Assembly (NCBI GenBank): GCA_964016885.1
Contig: OZ024760.1
Span: 3,906,001-3,970,000, forward strand
Length of the DNA stretch: 64,000 nucleotides
Direction: 5' to 3'
From: Eledone cirrhosa
Taxonomy: Eukaryota
Positions 16,717 through 37,134 of this stretch are shown here, piece after piece. Numbering within the stretch: the first letter of the stretch is position 1; the number at the start of each line of letters is the position of its first letter. The position numbers and the translations under genes were made by a program. Under the pieces are notes generated by a model, which saw only the letters and a list, made by a program, of their open reading frames with translations, was not told the origin of the DNA and searched no databases.

Positions 16717-16766
<50 letters not shown>

Positions 16767-16779
16767 ATATATATATATA

Positions 16780-16859
<80 letters not shown>

Positions 16860-16860
<1 letters not shown>

Positions 16861-18790
16861 GTAGGAGGTGAGTTTTATTGTAGTACAATAAAGCAATTAA
16901 TCTATTAATAACAATATTCCTAAATTATTCTTTAATGCCTTAAATAAATGCTTCCCTCCCTCACATATCTATAGTAAAATATTTAACAAACACACTATAA
17001 AATTTTCCTATTCTACATCCTCCAACATTTCCAACATTATCTCTAAACACAGCAATAAAATACTAAATACTAAATCTCTTCCTTCCAACACTGAATATCA
17101 TAATAATAGTAATAGTACTCCCGACGTCATTGTAAACCCTAGGCTAATTTCTGCAAACCCAAATACAACGTCAAACTCAACTTCTCTAAATGTTCTTAAT
17201 CCCATTCTAAATCAAGAAACTATTATTCCTATCGCAAATAACTTCTCCAATCCAATTCCTTCTATAGATAACACTAGGTCACTCGTTAATAATCTCTCTA
17301 ATCGCAATTGCAATTGCCCTGTTAAAAATAAATGTCCTCTCAACAACCATTGTCTTGATAAAAACTTAATTTACGAATGTAAAGTTATAACTGACACCAA
17401 TTCCTTCAACTATTTTGGCTCCACTTCCACCTCTTTTAAAGTTCGTCTTTATAACCATCATTCGTCTTTTAAATACAAACTAAAAAGAACCAACACGGCT
17501 CTCTCAGAACTCATATGGTCCTTGAAAGACAAAAATATTAAATATAGCATCTCTTGGAAAAAAGGTTTCTTCTGCTTCTCCATACTTGAACAGTTCTCTA
17601 TCCAAAATTTGCAATCTCTGTCTAAATGAAAAATTTACCATTATATCTAATTTAGATTCTATAATAAATAGACGCACTGACTTGTTTTCTATCTGCTTGC
17701 ATAAATTCCACAAAAAATTCCACAATGTATTACAGCTAATATCCAAATCTTTATCAATTTAGAATTTTTTTCTCAAAGGCACATATATATATACACTTCT
17801 TTAAAAATATACCCATCTTTCTACCTTATTTCAAAGGTTATTATACATTCTATAATACTTGTTACTCATTCTATATCGCTCCTATTTATCACTTCCCTTT
17901 CTTCTCTTTTTCTTTTAATGTCTAACCCCTAATCTGTACCTTTTCTCACTGTTGCCTAACATAGAATCAATTATTACATAATAAAATACATTCTTACTCT
18001 ATATCACCTTGTAAAAATCCTTCGTAAACATAAACATTTTTTTTACGTTAGATTATTCATCCTCAATTCATTATTCTTTTCTCCCTTTCATCTAACTCAT
18101 TCATGCTCATCTCACAATATATCCTTACTTAAATTACCTGTTGTTCTGTTGTTCTTTTTAATAATACATATCAACATTTTCTTTCCATCGCACATATTAT
18201 TAAACCCTTAATATCATTCTTAATACATATTAAATTTTTCTTTCCATCGCACATGTTATTAAACCCTTAAATATTATTCTTAATACATATTAACATTTTC
18301 TTTTCATCGCACATATTATTAAACCTCTCAATATACAAACCTTAACTTTACATTATTTTTCTCTTCGTTAATTTTCAAATTCTTTTAATTTATACATTAT
18401 CTTCCAACGGTTTTCAACCTCTCTATGTAAAACAATATATCTTTCTCAGTTATAAAAGCTATCTCTCTCTCTCTATCACCCATCTCTCCTCCTATCTCAT
18501 CCTTCCTCATTATACTCCTCCCTCTCCACTTTTTATTCTCATCTCCTCCTCATTTTCATCCTTTCCACCCCCCAATAAAATATTTTTCCCAATATCACAC
18601 ATCAATCTAAAACTACTTCTCATATGTTGATTTAAAACTGCACTATCCACAAGTGTTTTTTAACCTTCATATCATGTCTTCCTGTTTTATCTGATGAAAA
18701 CACAAATATTATTGCATGATGATATTTGTTTTTGAAATGCGCATAATAAAATACATGGAACTCTTTTAACCATCTTTTGTTCTTATATAT

Positions 18791-18795
<5 letters not shown>
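16860..18795 (+). mobile_element. PLE family A second copy (thumb-GIY-YIG relic + 3' UTR), with an inverted module-B piece fused at its 5' end
   Basis: CNCPVKNKCPLNNHCL..YFGST; homologous to 1-1590; 16860-16895 is the reverse complement of ~1630-1665. Confidence 0.88.
18683..18753 (+). ncRNA. Type I hammerhead ribozyme (family A)
   Basis: tgttttat-CUGAUGA-stem II-GAAA-ugcgca-UA-ataaaata. Confidence 0.9.
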
Positions 18796-18889
<94 letters not shown>

Positions 18890-18910
18890 GTGTGTGTGTG
18901 TGTATGTATG

Positions 18911-19007
<97 letters not shown>

Positions 19008-19058
19008 ATGTATACATATATATATATATATATGTATGTATATATATATATATGTGTG

Positions 19059-19089
<31 letters not shown>

Positions 19090-19091
19090 GC

Positions 19092-19129
<38 letters not shown>

Positions 19130-19138
19130 TTATATATG

Positions 19139-19202
<64 letters not shown>

Positions 19203-19247
19203 CATACATATATATATATATATATATACATACATATATATATATAC

Positions 19248-19288
<41 letters not shown>

Positions 19289-19306
19289 TATGTATATATA
19301 TATATG

Positions 19307-19364
<58 letters not shown>

Positions 19365-19395
19365 CATATATGTATATATATATATATATATACAT

Positions 19396-19429
<34 letters not shown>

Positions 19430-19526
19430 ACATACATATATGTATATATATACATATATGTATATATATACATATATGTATATATATATATATATACATA
19501 CATATATATATATATATATACATATA

Positions 19527-20855
<1,329 letters not shown>

Positions 20856-20874
20856 TCATTTATGTCATCAAGAA

Positions 20875-24848
<3,974 letters not shown>

Positions 24849-24992
24849 ATATATATATATATGTATATATATGTATGCATTTATATATGTATCCTATATA
24901 TATATATATGTATATATACGTATGTATTTATATATGTATCTATACATATATATATGTATTTATATATGTATATATATATGTATATAGATATG

Positions 24993-25025
<33 letters not shown>

Positions 25026-25114
25026 GTATTTATATATATATGTATTTATATATGTATATATATATATGTATTTATATATATATGTATATATATATATGTA
25101 TATATATATATATG

Positions 25115-25173
<59 letters not shown>

Positions 25174-25190
25174 GTATATGTATATATATG

Positions 25191-25271
<81 letters not shown>

Positions 25272-25278
25272 TTATATG

Positions 25279-25309
<31 letters not shown>

Positions 25310-25629
25310 GTGTATATATATATATGTGTATATATGTATATATATGTATATATGTATATATATATGTATATATATATGTATATATATATGTATATATATA
25401 TGTATATATATGTATATATATATGTATATATATATATATGTATATATATATATGTATATATATATGTATATATATATGTATATATATATGTATATATATA
25501 TATGTATATATATATGTATATATATATACATGTATATATATATATATGTATATATATATATGTATATATACATGTATATATATGTATATATATATATATG
25601 TATATATACATGTATATATATATATGTAT

Positions 25630-28600
25630 ATGCAAAGTTTTATTTAAATTGTTGGGTTAACAACGAGTAAATATTTATAACTGATATAAAAGCACTCAAC
25701 AAGTATTTGGAGTATATTTACGATATTAAATAAATGGAAACTATATTTATAAAACCATATTTATTTCATTATATATATTTCAGGGATATCATATTAAAAA
25801 TATGTTATGCCTTCCTCAAACAAAATACAATATAAACAGTCTTATAAATAGATAGATTCGACATACCTTTCAACATCGACTTCAATTTGAAAAGTTGAAT
25901 TGGTAGTGGAAAAAATATTAGGGACAGTTATAAAAAGAAAGAAAGAAAAAAGAAAAAACGGAGAAAAAGAAGAAATGCATGCAACTAAATAGAGAGAGAT
26001 AGATATAGAGAGATAGATAGAGAGAAGAAATTCATGTAAAGAAACAGAGAGAGATATATAGAGAGAGGAAAAAAACACAGAGGGAGATAGATAGAGAGAG
26101 AGAGAGAGAAGAGAGGAGAGAGAGAGAGAGAGAGAGAAAATATAGAGAGATAGATAGAGATAGAGAGAAAGAAAATAGGTAGTTGTGCACCAGTTGAATG
26201 ACGTATCAATGATATATTTATTTATTTATTTATCTATTTATCTATTTAGCTCTAGTATCAATGTAGAGAGAGATATATGTGGTTAAGAGAGAAAACAGCC
26301 GTTACATAGAGAGAAAAGAAAAAGAAAAATATCCAGACAAAAACGGGGCGGATTTAAAACACTATGTATCATCAATGTAAAAAATATCAATTCGTATAGA
26401 ACAGGCATTATAATGTAAATATCAGTATTCATGAATGAGACACGTATCAATAAAGTGTGAAAAATAATGATCATATGTCTAGTCTAAAATTCATAGGTTT
26501 ATATTAGAAGGTTATCCCAGAATTTTATACTATATACATCCATGTGAATTTACGTGATCAGCTCTGCAAATTCCTATTTCACACGAAAACATTCTCATTG
26601 TGCTATAAAAATTCTAGTATACATATATGTGTACATACACACAAATATATATAGAGGCTACATTAATTTTAACAATACTATTCATGTCTTTACTCTACAT
26701 GATTATCGTTCAAGCATAAATAGAGAACAGATATCAATATATCAATAAAAATATCAGAAACAAGAAGTAAATAAAAAACATCAAAAAAATATTAAAAATA
26801 AAAATAAAAATAAAAATATTAAAAATATTAAAAATATTAAAATAAAAATGAAACATAGTATGCCCCGCAAATCAACCACAGAGATCAACCCTTCAAAGTT
26901 AATTGACAATATATTGCCAAGTTCGTTATAAGCATCAGAATCAAAAGCAAACAAAACCAAAATTATTTACCAAATCCTGTCTAGCAGAAAACATTCCAAA
27001 AGTTTAGGATACCCATTTGATCTACAGATGGTCTTATATTTAATATAGAAGTTTATCTAGTGTAAAATTTAGGGTAGTTTAATTATTCATGAAGAATGTT
27101 TAAAAAATAAAAAGGAATCGAAAGATTTATCGGCGAGTTTCATAAATAATTATAAATCAAATTAAATATACTACATTTTAAATTTATATTTATATTTAAA
27201 AGTTGAGTTCAATCTATGTCTGCAGCAACTGAATAAATTTGTCCGTAAATTAAGGGAATTTTTAGATTTTAGTATAAAGAATATCTCCTCCGCGCAGAGG
27301 TCACATGTCTCAGAGGATGAATTAAAAGGAATCCCTCTTGAGACTATATTCCAAGCCATTGAATATCCAACGTTATCATGCCTAAGTTGCCAGAGTAGGC
27401 CTGATAGTGATGTTGAGGATTTTTTGCTTGGATCTGTGAAAGAATTCTTGTGGTTATTATAGCGAAGTTTAAATTCTGTTGAGGTGGAACCAACATAGTT
27501 AAAAGAATTTAAGTCCGTTTTAACATTACAGTTGTATATTATATTTTTAACTAAGCAATTGTTATTTAACGGACATTTAGATCTATCTCTACAGTTACAT
27601 TTGTTAACTTGGATATTATTTATGCTATTATCGGTATTTTGGCTAGGTTTTAAATTCCTATTATTTATTCTATTAATATTTTGTGCTAAATTTTTGGTGG
27701 ATGAGTAGGTTAATTTTATAGTATGTCTATTGAAAATTGAGTGATACCTATGTGTTCTAGGGAAGCGATTATCAAGAGCATTAAAAAATAGTTTAGCGAT
27801 GTGGGTTTTAATGTTTAGTGAGAAAGGGGGGCAAACCATATATTATTCCTAGTTCTATTTCTTTTTTGGCTTTTGGAATTATTGTAATGCTTTTTATTAT
27901 AGTTGTTAAAGTTGTTGCCGTAATTAAAATTGTTGTTATTTTGGTTAGTTTGTCTATTATTATCTATGTACATACTTTTATCACTATATCCTGCTCTAGC
28001 TAACGCTTCATTGTAATACTGGGCTTTTTCGTCGAAAATCTTTTTATTAGATGAGATTCTAGAGATACGATTTTGAACAGAGTTTACTATAGTATTTTTA
28101 ACAGATCTGGGGTGGTTAGAGTTAAAGCTGACATAGTTTAAGTTTTCATTCAACTTGTGAAATGGATAGTGAAGACATGTGTTGAGATTTAATGTTACAT
28201 CTAGGAAATTGACTATTCTATGGTTATTCTCAATTTCTATTTTTAGATTAAAGTAATTAAAAAATTGTGTAATTTGTTTTCTTTTTCTATTTAGTTCAGA
28301 GTTATTATTTTCAATAAGTAAAAGCATGTCATCTCTATATAAACCTCCGGTAGCACCGGGTATTTTCCTATGCAGCGAGTTGATTAAAAATAGGCCCACA
28401 AGGTCAGTTACCTGAGCTGAGTCGGATGATCCCATAGTAATGTCGAAATTGTTATCTCTATCTGCTCTGGTCCATAGTTGGTCATTAAATTCTATCAATG
28501 TTTTCCTAGCCGATAATATAATGTGCATTTCATTGCTAGTTAGGTCTGTATGTTTGAATGCGTAATTTAGTGCCTTATTTAGTAGATTAGGGGTAATAGA

Positions 28601-29047
28601 TGAATAATAGTTAGCGATATCTAGTTGAATAAACTTATTATTATTGTTATATTTAATTTCTTTAAACCACTCAACAACCTCTCCAGTTCCCTTCCACAAG
28701 CTCAAGTTAGGTACACAATTCAAGTTTTTAATTTGCTGTATCACCCTGTCTAGAATGTTTTTGCTTAGTTTACCCAGGTCCGATTTTGATGGTGCAATCA
28801 ATCTGACTGGCAGGTCATTTTCAAAATTACTTTTGTGATCTTTCATATTGATCTTCGGTTTCCTGGGCACGAAAGGTTGTGTTCTGTTCTCAATTTCCAA
28901 CTCATGCATTATACAAGATGCCTCAACATTCAATTTCTCAAGCTCGGCCTTATCTGCTACCTTGTACTTTTTCCTCAGTTCTTTCAGTATGAGGCTATTA
29001 TACATGTCTTTTTGCACTCCATAGAGGTTGTTGGTCTTGTCAGATTT
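25630..29047 (-). mobile_element. PLE family J (Naiad-like), left arm of giant palindrome; ORFs 27815-29047 and 27171-27839
   Basis: SDKTNNLY, MKDHK, RLIAPSKSDLG, LDIANYYSSI, FDITMGSSD, GLYRDD, CNCRDRSKCPL, YVGST..RYNNH. Confidence 0.93.
25762..25827 (-). ncRNA. HHR-like motif of family J (U3/G8 core)
   Basis: Reverse complement of 32301-32366. Confidence 0.6.
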
Positions 29048-31954
29048 CAAGACCAACAACCTCTATGGAGTGCAAAAAGACATGTATAATAGCCTCATAC
29101 TGAAAGAACTGAGGAAAAAGTACAAGGTAGCAGATAAGGCCGAGCTTGAGAAATTGAATGTTGAGGCATCTTGTATAATGCATGAGTTGGAAATTGAGAA
29201 CAGAACACAACCTTTCGTGCCCAGGAAACCGAAGATCAATATGAAAGATCACAAAAGTAATTTTGAAAATGACCTGCCAGTCAGATTGATTGCACCATCA
29301 AAATCGGACCTGGGTAAACTAAGCAAAAACATTCTAGACAGGGTGATACAGCAAATTAAAAACTTGAATTGTGTACCTAACTTGAGCTTGTGGAAGGGAA
29401 CTGGAGAGGTTGTTGAGTGGTTTAAAGAAATTAAATATAACAATAATAATAAGTTTATTCAACTAGATATCGCTAACTATTATTCATCTATTACCCCTAA
29501 TCTACTAAATAAGGCACTAAATTACGCATTCAAACATACAGACCTAACTAGCAATGAAATGCACATTATATTATCGGCTAGGAAAACATTGATAGAATTT
29601 AATGACCAACTATGGACCAGAGCAGATAGAGATAACAATTTCGACATTACTATGGGATCATCCGACTCAGCTCAGGTAACTGACCTTGTGGGCCTATTTT
29701 TAATCAACTCGCTGCATAGGAAAATACCCGGTGCTACCGGAGGTTTATATAGAGATGACATGCTTTTACTTATTGAAAATAATAACTCTGAACTAAATAG
29801 AAAAAGAAAACAAATTACACAATTTTTTAATTACTTTAATCTAAAAATAGAAATTGAGAATAACCATAGAATAGTCAATTTCCTAGATGTAACATTAAAT
29901 CTCAACACATGTCTTCGCTATCCATTTCACAAGTTGAATGAAAACTTAAACTATGTCAGCTTTAACTCTAACCACCCCAGATCTGTTAAAAATACTATAG
30001 TAAACTCTGTTCAAAATCGTATCTCTAGAATCTCATCTAATAAAAAGATTTTCGACGAAAAAGCCCAGTATTACAATGAAGCGTTAGCTAGAGCAGGATA
30101 TAGTGATAAAAGTATGTACATAGATAATAATAGACAAACTAACCAAAATAACAACAATTTTAATTACGGCAACAACTTTAACAACTATAATAAAAAGCAT
30201 TACAATAATTCCAAAAGCCAAAAAAGAAATAGAACTAGGAATAATATATGGTTTGCCCCCCTTTCTCACTAAACATTAAAACCCACATCGCTAAACTATT
30301 TTTTAATGCTCTTGATAATCGCTTCCCTAGAACACATAGGTATCACTCAATTTTCAATAGACATACTATAAAATTAACCTACTCATCCACCAAAAATTTA
30401 GCACAAAATATTAATAGAATAAATAATAGGAATTTAAAACCTAGCCAAAATACCGATAATAGCATAAATAATATCCAAGTTAACAAATGTAACTGTAGAG
30501 ATAGATCTAAATGTCCGTTAAATAACAATTGCTTAGTTAAAAATATAATATACAACTGTAATGTTAAAACGGACTTAAATTCTTTTAACTATGTTGGTTC
30601 CACCTCAACAGAATTTAAACTTCGCTATAATAACCACAAGAATTCTTTCACAGATCCAAGCAAAAAATCCTCAACATCACTATCAGGCCTACTCTGGCAA
30701 CTTAGGCATGATAACGTTGGATATTCAATGGCTTGGAATATAGTCTCAAGAGGGATTCCTTTTAATTCATCCTCTGAGACATGTGACCTCTGCGCGGAGG
30801 AGATATTCTTTATACTAAAATCTAAAAATTCCCTTAATTTACGGACAAATTTATTCAGTTGCTGCAGACATAGATTGAACTCAACTTTTAAATATAAATA
30901 TAAATTTAAAATGTAGTATATTTAATTTGATTTATAATTATTTATGAAACTCGCCGATAAATCTTTCGATTCCTTTTTATTTTTTAAACATTCTTCATGA
31001 ATAATTAAACTACCCTAAATTTTACACTAGATAAACTTCTATATTAAATATAAGACCATCTGTAGATCAAATGGGTATCCTAAACTTTTGGAATGTTTTC
31101 TGCTAGACAGGATTTGGTAAATAATTTTGGTTTTGTTTGCTTTTGATTCTGATGCTTATAACGAACTTGGCAATATATTGTCAATTAACTTTGAAGGGTT
31201 GATCTCTGTGGTTGATTTGCGGGGCATACTATGTTTCATTTTTATTTTAATATTTTTAATATTTTTAATATTTTTATTTTTATTTTTATTTTTAATATTT
31301 TTTTGATGTTTTTTATTTACTTCTTGTTTCTGATATTTTTATTGATATATTGATATCTGTTCTCTATTTATGCTGAACGATAATCATGTAGAGTAAAGAC
31401 ATGAATAGTATTGTTAAAATTAATGTAGCCTCTATATATATTTGTGTGTATGTACACATATATGTATACTAGAATTTTTATAGCACAATGAGAATGTTTT
31501 CGTGTGAAATAGGAATTTGCAGAGCTGATCACGTAAATTCACATGGATGTATATAGTATAAAATTCTGGGATAACCTTCTAATATAAACCTATGAATTTT
31601 AGACTAGACATATGATCATTATTTTTCACACTTTATTGATACGTGTCTCATTCATGAATACTGATATTTACATTATAATGCCTGTTCTATACGAATTGAT
31701 ATTTTTTACATTGATGATACATAGTGTTTTAAATCCGCCCCGTTTTTGTCTGGATATTTTTCTTTTTCTTTTCTCTCTATGTAACGGCTGTTTTCTCTCT
31801 TAACCACATATATCTCTCTCTACATTGATACTAGAGCTAAATAGATAAATAGATAAATAAATAAATAAATATATCATTGATACGTCGTTCAACTGGTGCA
31901 CAACTACCTATTTTCTTTCTCTCTATCTCTATCTATATCTATCTCTCTATATTT

Positions 31955-32016
<62 letters not shown>

Positions 32017-32407
32017 CTTCTCTCTCTCTCTCTCTATCTATCTCCCTCTGTGTTTTTTTCCTCTCTCTATATATCTCTCTCTGTTTCTTTACATGAATTT
32101 CTTCTCTCTATCTATCTCTCTATATCTATCTCTCTCTATTTAGTTGCATGCATTTCTTCTTTTTCTCCGTTTTTTCTTTTTTCTTTCTTTCTTTTTATAA
32201 CTGTCCCTAATATTTTTTCCACTACCAATTCAACTTTTCAAATTGAAGTCGATGTTGAAAGGTATGTCGAATCTATCTATTTATAAGACTGTTTATATTG
32301 TATTTTGTTTGAGGAAGGCATAACATATTTTTAATATGATATCCCTGAAATATATATAATGAAATAAATATGGTTTTATAAATATAGTTTCCATTTATTT
32401 AATATCC
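29048..32407 (+). mobile_element. PLE family J, right arm of giant palindrome; ORFs 29048-30272 and 30248-30916
   Basis: Near-identical to the left arm, sharing the frameshift at WFAPLSH/CPPFS. Confidence 0.93.
32301..32366 (+). ncRNA. HHR-like motif of family J (UUGAGGA core, long stem II)
   Basis: tattttgt-UUGAGGA-aggcataacatatt..aatatgatatccct-GAAA-tatata-UA-atgaaata. Confidence 0.6.
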
Positions 32408-32507
32408 TATATATGTATATATATATGTATATATATATGTATATATATATGTATATATATATATGTATGTATATATATATGTATATATATATATGTATAT
32501 ATATATG

Positions 32508-32540
<33 letters not shown>

Positions 32541-32551
32541 GTGTGTATATA

Positions 32552-32656
<105 letters not shown>

Positions 32657-32711
32657 GTATATATATGTATATATGTATATATATATGAATACATATATGT
32701 ATATATATATG

Positions 32712-32744
<33 letters not shown>

Positions 32745-32814
32745 GTATATATATGTATATGTATATGTATATATATATGTATATATATATATATGTATAT
32801 AATATGTATATAAT

Positions 32815-32895
32815 ATATTATTTACAAACTGTAGAGTGCTACTTATCCGATATCTGCATTGCATTATTGTACTACAATAAAACTCACCTCCTACA
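32815..32895 (+). repeat. Module B (probable extreme 3' end of PLE-A), solo in (TA)n; also ~37990-38072
   Basis: acaaactgtagagtgc..ttattgtactacaataaaactcacctcctac, same as 1596-1668. Confidence 0.8.
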
Positions 32896-32944
32896 TATAT
32901 ATGTATATATATATATATATGTATATATATATGTATATATATAT

Positions 32945-33195
32945 AAAATGGCGTAGGACAGAACAAAGAAGAAGCACAAAAACAAAGAAAAGAATCCCCA
33001 GTCACTGAAGACGTCACAGAATGTGTGACGAAAGAACTTTGACAATATATAAACAACTATCTGGTTGCTGAACCAACCAACCAACCAGAAATTTCTAAAT
33101 TCCTAAATTTATAAATTTATTATAATAAATTGAAGTGATACAACTGGTGCGTGTGTTTCTTATTGGCAACATGACCCTCGCAAAGTATAACATGT
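32945..33195 (+). mobile_element. Solo PLE-C pLTR fragment with HHR (33000-33044)
   Basis: gtca-CUGAAGA-c-gtcaca..tgtgac-GAAA-gaac-UU-tgac. Confidence 0.85.
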
Positions 33196-33323
33196 ATATA
33201 TATATATGTATATATATATTATATATATATGTATATATATATATGTATATATACATGTATATATATATATATGTATATATATATATGTATATATATATGT
33301 ATATATATATGTACATATATATG

Positions 33324-33370
<47 letters not shown>

Positions 33371-33461
33371 GTATGTATATATATATGTATATATATATGT
33401 ATATATATATGCATATATATATATGTATATATTTATATATTTGTGTATATATATATATGTG

Positions 33462-33494
<33 letters not shown>

Positions 33495-33542
33495 GTATAT
33501 ATAGTTAAAAGAATAGAGGTGTAACACACAAGTTATTATATA

Positions 33543-34078
33543 TTGGTAAACGGAATAGAAAATGCTGACAAATTGTTCACAGTTGAAAAATGGTTTAATT
33601 AGGAATAAAAGAGTATTAGTGATTGTATGGGTTAGTATTCAGTTGTGGTTTTAAGTTTTTAAGTTTTTACCGGTTGCGCATTTCTAAATGCTTTTCAAAA
33701 ATAATTTTGAGATAGAGTGTCCGTGCTGTTTGCTCTGATCTGATTAGTTTTAGGAATTCTACCTGTTTTTATGTTAAAAAAGTGGCTCCAGCGTTATTTT
33801 TGTGTTGCAAAAATGCTTGTGGTCAAAACAATTTTGATTGGTCGGTAGAGGTCATGTGAATGTAAAAAGTTGATTTTGCGCCAAGACTGTTTTTATGTTA
33901 AAATGTTAAAAAAAGTGGCTCCAGCAAAAATTCTTGGTCAAAACAATTTTGATTGGTCGGTAGAGGTCATGTGGATAAAAAATCGGTTTTGCGCCAAGAT
34001 TGAGAAATGACTCTTTCACAACAAATATGTGTGTGTGTGTGTGTATGTGTGTGTGTGTGTGTGTATGTGTGTGTGTGT

Positions 34079-34120
<42 letters not shown>

Positions 34121-34186
34121 TAGTAGTAAGGTGTTCGATGCTGCGACAATGGCCAGCAGCGATGTGTGTCAAATGGCTATTAAGAT

Positions 34187-34227
<41 letters not shown>

Positions 34228-34349
34228 GCAGATTCATTCGAAGGTCAAAAGATATTTTTCAGCTTTTGTCTTATACGGAGAAGTGCGCGTGTGTGTGTGT
34301 GTGTATAAGTCTCTTTGTATGTTGATGTACGCGTGTGTATGTGTTTGTG

Positions 34350-34381
<32 letters not shown>

Positions 34382-35445
34382 GGTGGACCAGTATTTTTTT
34401 CCCCCTGGTAAAATGGTGTACATTATTCGATTTTTTCAGTAAAATCGGTTCTCTTAATAGAACATCAAAAATCTTAACAATAAAAGGTGTGAAATGATAT
34501 TCACTATATATATATACACACATACATATATTCACTACATATATATATATATATACATATATACATACATATATATGCACATATATTTTTTTGTATTGCA
34601 CCATAGAGCATGTGTGTTTACGTGTGTCATTGTGTTTATATGTGGGTAGAGATGTGTGCTGATGTAGGTATGTATGTTGACGTGTGTATGTTGTGGGTTC
34701 GTCTTAGGGAGAAGTGTTTAGACGGGGTCCGTATTTGTTAATGAAGTAAGATTCCTTGCTGATGCGCTGGGTGTGGGTGGCATTATCTTTAAATTTGTAG
34801 AGGGGAAAGATTCTGAAGTTGGGATGATTTTGGGCGGCACAGGTATCAATGTGTTCACTCAGTGGTATTTTCCTGTATTCCCGTATTTTAATTTGGGATC
34901 TATGGACAGTCATGCGTTGGCGGGGGCTGTTTTCGGTCTGGCCTATGTATTGTTCTCGACAACCTGAACAAGTTAATACATATATTAGATTTTCCGATGC
35001 ACATGTGAAATTGTGTTTTACTATAAAACGTTGTCCATCTTTGAAATAGAATTCCGAACCCTCTATTAGGTTGATGCAAATGCCACAATTGGGTCTATCG
35101 CATTTTTTTACTGTGGGTTTCGTTGTTGTGGTTGGCAGTACTTTGGCATGTGTTAAGATGTTTTTCATTGACTTGGATTGTCTTTTGCTCTTTATGATAT
35201 CGTGTGTTCTGGAGGATGGTGTCAAAGGCCTCATTGTTGAGGGGGTTGTGTGTGGAGATGTATGGAAGAGCTTTTAGTTTTGGTTGATTTACTTTAGGGT
35301 GTCTAAGGTCCTGGGTACTGAGCTTTAGGGCACGTTGGATTCCATTGTCAATTAGTGATGCAGGGTAGTCCCTGCCTATGAGTGTGTCCTTTAGTTCTTG
35401 TAGCCGTAAGTAGCAGATGTTTTTATTGGAGACTATAGTACAGAT
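33543..35445 (-). mobile_element. PLE family I second copy (GIY-YIG + 3' UTR), inverted relative to 14290-16560
   Basis: ORF 34704-35234 nearly identical to the C-terminus of 14305-15444 (YIGQT). Confidence 0.92.
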
Positions 35446-35458
35446 ATATATATATATA

Positions 35459-35637
35459 GTGAAGGCGTGTGGCTGAGTGGTTAGGGAAATGGCTTCGCAA
35501 TCGTAAGGTTCTGAGTTCGATTCCTGGACCAGGCTATGCGTTGTGTCCTTGAGCAAGACACTTTATTTCACCTTGCTCCTTCTACCTGGAGTTGCGACCG
35601 ATAGATAGTATTAGCAATTGGAAAGACCAACGGAACC
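35459..35637 (+). mobile_element. tRNA-derived SINE (family K)
   Basis: A box tggctgagtgg, B box gttcgattcc, gtgtccttgagcaagacactt central domain; second copy at 37692. Confidence 0.8.
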
Positions 35638-37005
35638 ATTACTGTGGTTCGTTGTTCCTATGATATCTGCTAGGTTAGGAGTAGTAGAGAAGGATATTTT
35701 TATATTGTTCCTATTAAGAATTTTTCTATACCTATGGTTGGGTGGGAAGTTCTTCTCTAAGGCTTCGAAGGATATCCGGGGTATGTTGGAGGCCACACTT
35801 CGAGAGTAGGGGGGGGTGGAACCATAGGACGTTACGGTGGCGATTACGTGTCCTTGAAAAATTCTTAATAGAAACAATATAAAAATATCCTTCTCTACTA
35901 CTCCTAACCTAGCAGACATCATAGGAACAACGAACCACAGTAAGATCACCAAGACACAGCACCTCGACGCAGACGCACCTACACCTGACAATAACTGTAT
36001 CGGCCTTAACAACTCCCTGACAGCATCCAATAGTGTTGGCAACGGCATCCGCAGACGCAACCAGAATGACCGCGAAGTGACTGGGGAGCATGCAAAACAT
36101 GGCGTGCGGAATAACAATCGCACCATCCCGCGTGCTGTGGGTTGTAATTGTGCTAACGACAGCTGCGGTAGCGCAGCTAGCAACGTAGGCAGCAACAATG
36201 ATAGCCTTATCGTGGGAAATAGACGGAACAGCGACAGAAATTGCAACTGCCGCGACAGAGGACGGTGCCCCCTTAGAGGATACTGCTTGGTTATATATAG
36301 ATGCACTATTACTAGCCACAATAGCGTTAAACATTATATAGGGGCCACCTCCGGCCCGTTCAAAATTAGGTTTCGAACACATCTCCACTCTTTCACAAAT
36401 AGAAAACTAAGGCACTCCACCTCGCTCGCGGACTACATCACATCACTAAAGGACTTAAACATTAGCTTCTCCACGCACTGGGAGATTGTCGACAGGGCTG
36501 CACCGTACAACTTCAAGAGGAAATGCGATCTTTGCCTCATGGAGCTCTACCACATCATAACTGCACCCCACGAGCTCATCAACAGCAGAGCTGAAACAGC
36601 GATAAGTTGTACACATCGCTTAAAAATATCCTTCTTTAGATGGGTTAAGAATGAAGAGTGAAATAGCACACTGGATCTCCCTGCAACAAGTCTTAACACC
36701 CCGGCGGGCAGGCGCAGCAAAATAACACCCAGAAAACAATCCCTGCATACCAAAAATTATCCGGGAAAGACTGCCCTAACACCGGCCAAAGTTACCTCCC
36801 TTGACCTGCTGCAAAATCAAAACAAGATATTTTTGCGAGCAATGAATCTTGATGTGGATTTAACCCCCAAAACTCTTTTCGAACTATATAAGGAACACTT
36901 GTGATTGTTTATGCCCTTGAGAAGCCCAACTGGGCGAAACGTACGTAGGTGATATTTTAAATAAACATGTTTTAACGGTCTATTCTCCGATTTTTCACTT
37001 TCCCA
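35638..37005 (+). mobile_element. PLE family L (Naiad-like) 3' part with inverted 5' segment (35638-35845)
   Basis: CNCRDRGRCPLRGYCL..HYIGATSGPFKIRFRTH..CDLCLME; the minus-strand segment encodes PPYSRSVASNI..KISFSTTPNL. Confidence 0.85.
36911..36953 (+). ncRNA. Minimal HHR variant with U3-A8 core (family L)
   Basis: cc-UUGAGAA-gccca-ac-tgggc-GAAA-cgtacg-UA-gg. Confidence 0.75.
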
Positions 37006-37006
37006 C

Positions 37007-37116
<110 letters not shown>

Positions 37117-37134
37117 GTATAAATATAAAAATAG

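Noticed and set aside
27171-30916. Selenocysteine recoding as in some Naiad PLEs
   Set aside because: No in-frame UGA at Cys positions in the visible ORFs and no convincing SECIS
35459-35535. tRNA genes (also 37692 and 63480)
   Set aside because: A/B boxes are present but there is no complete cloverleaf, and SINE bodies follow
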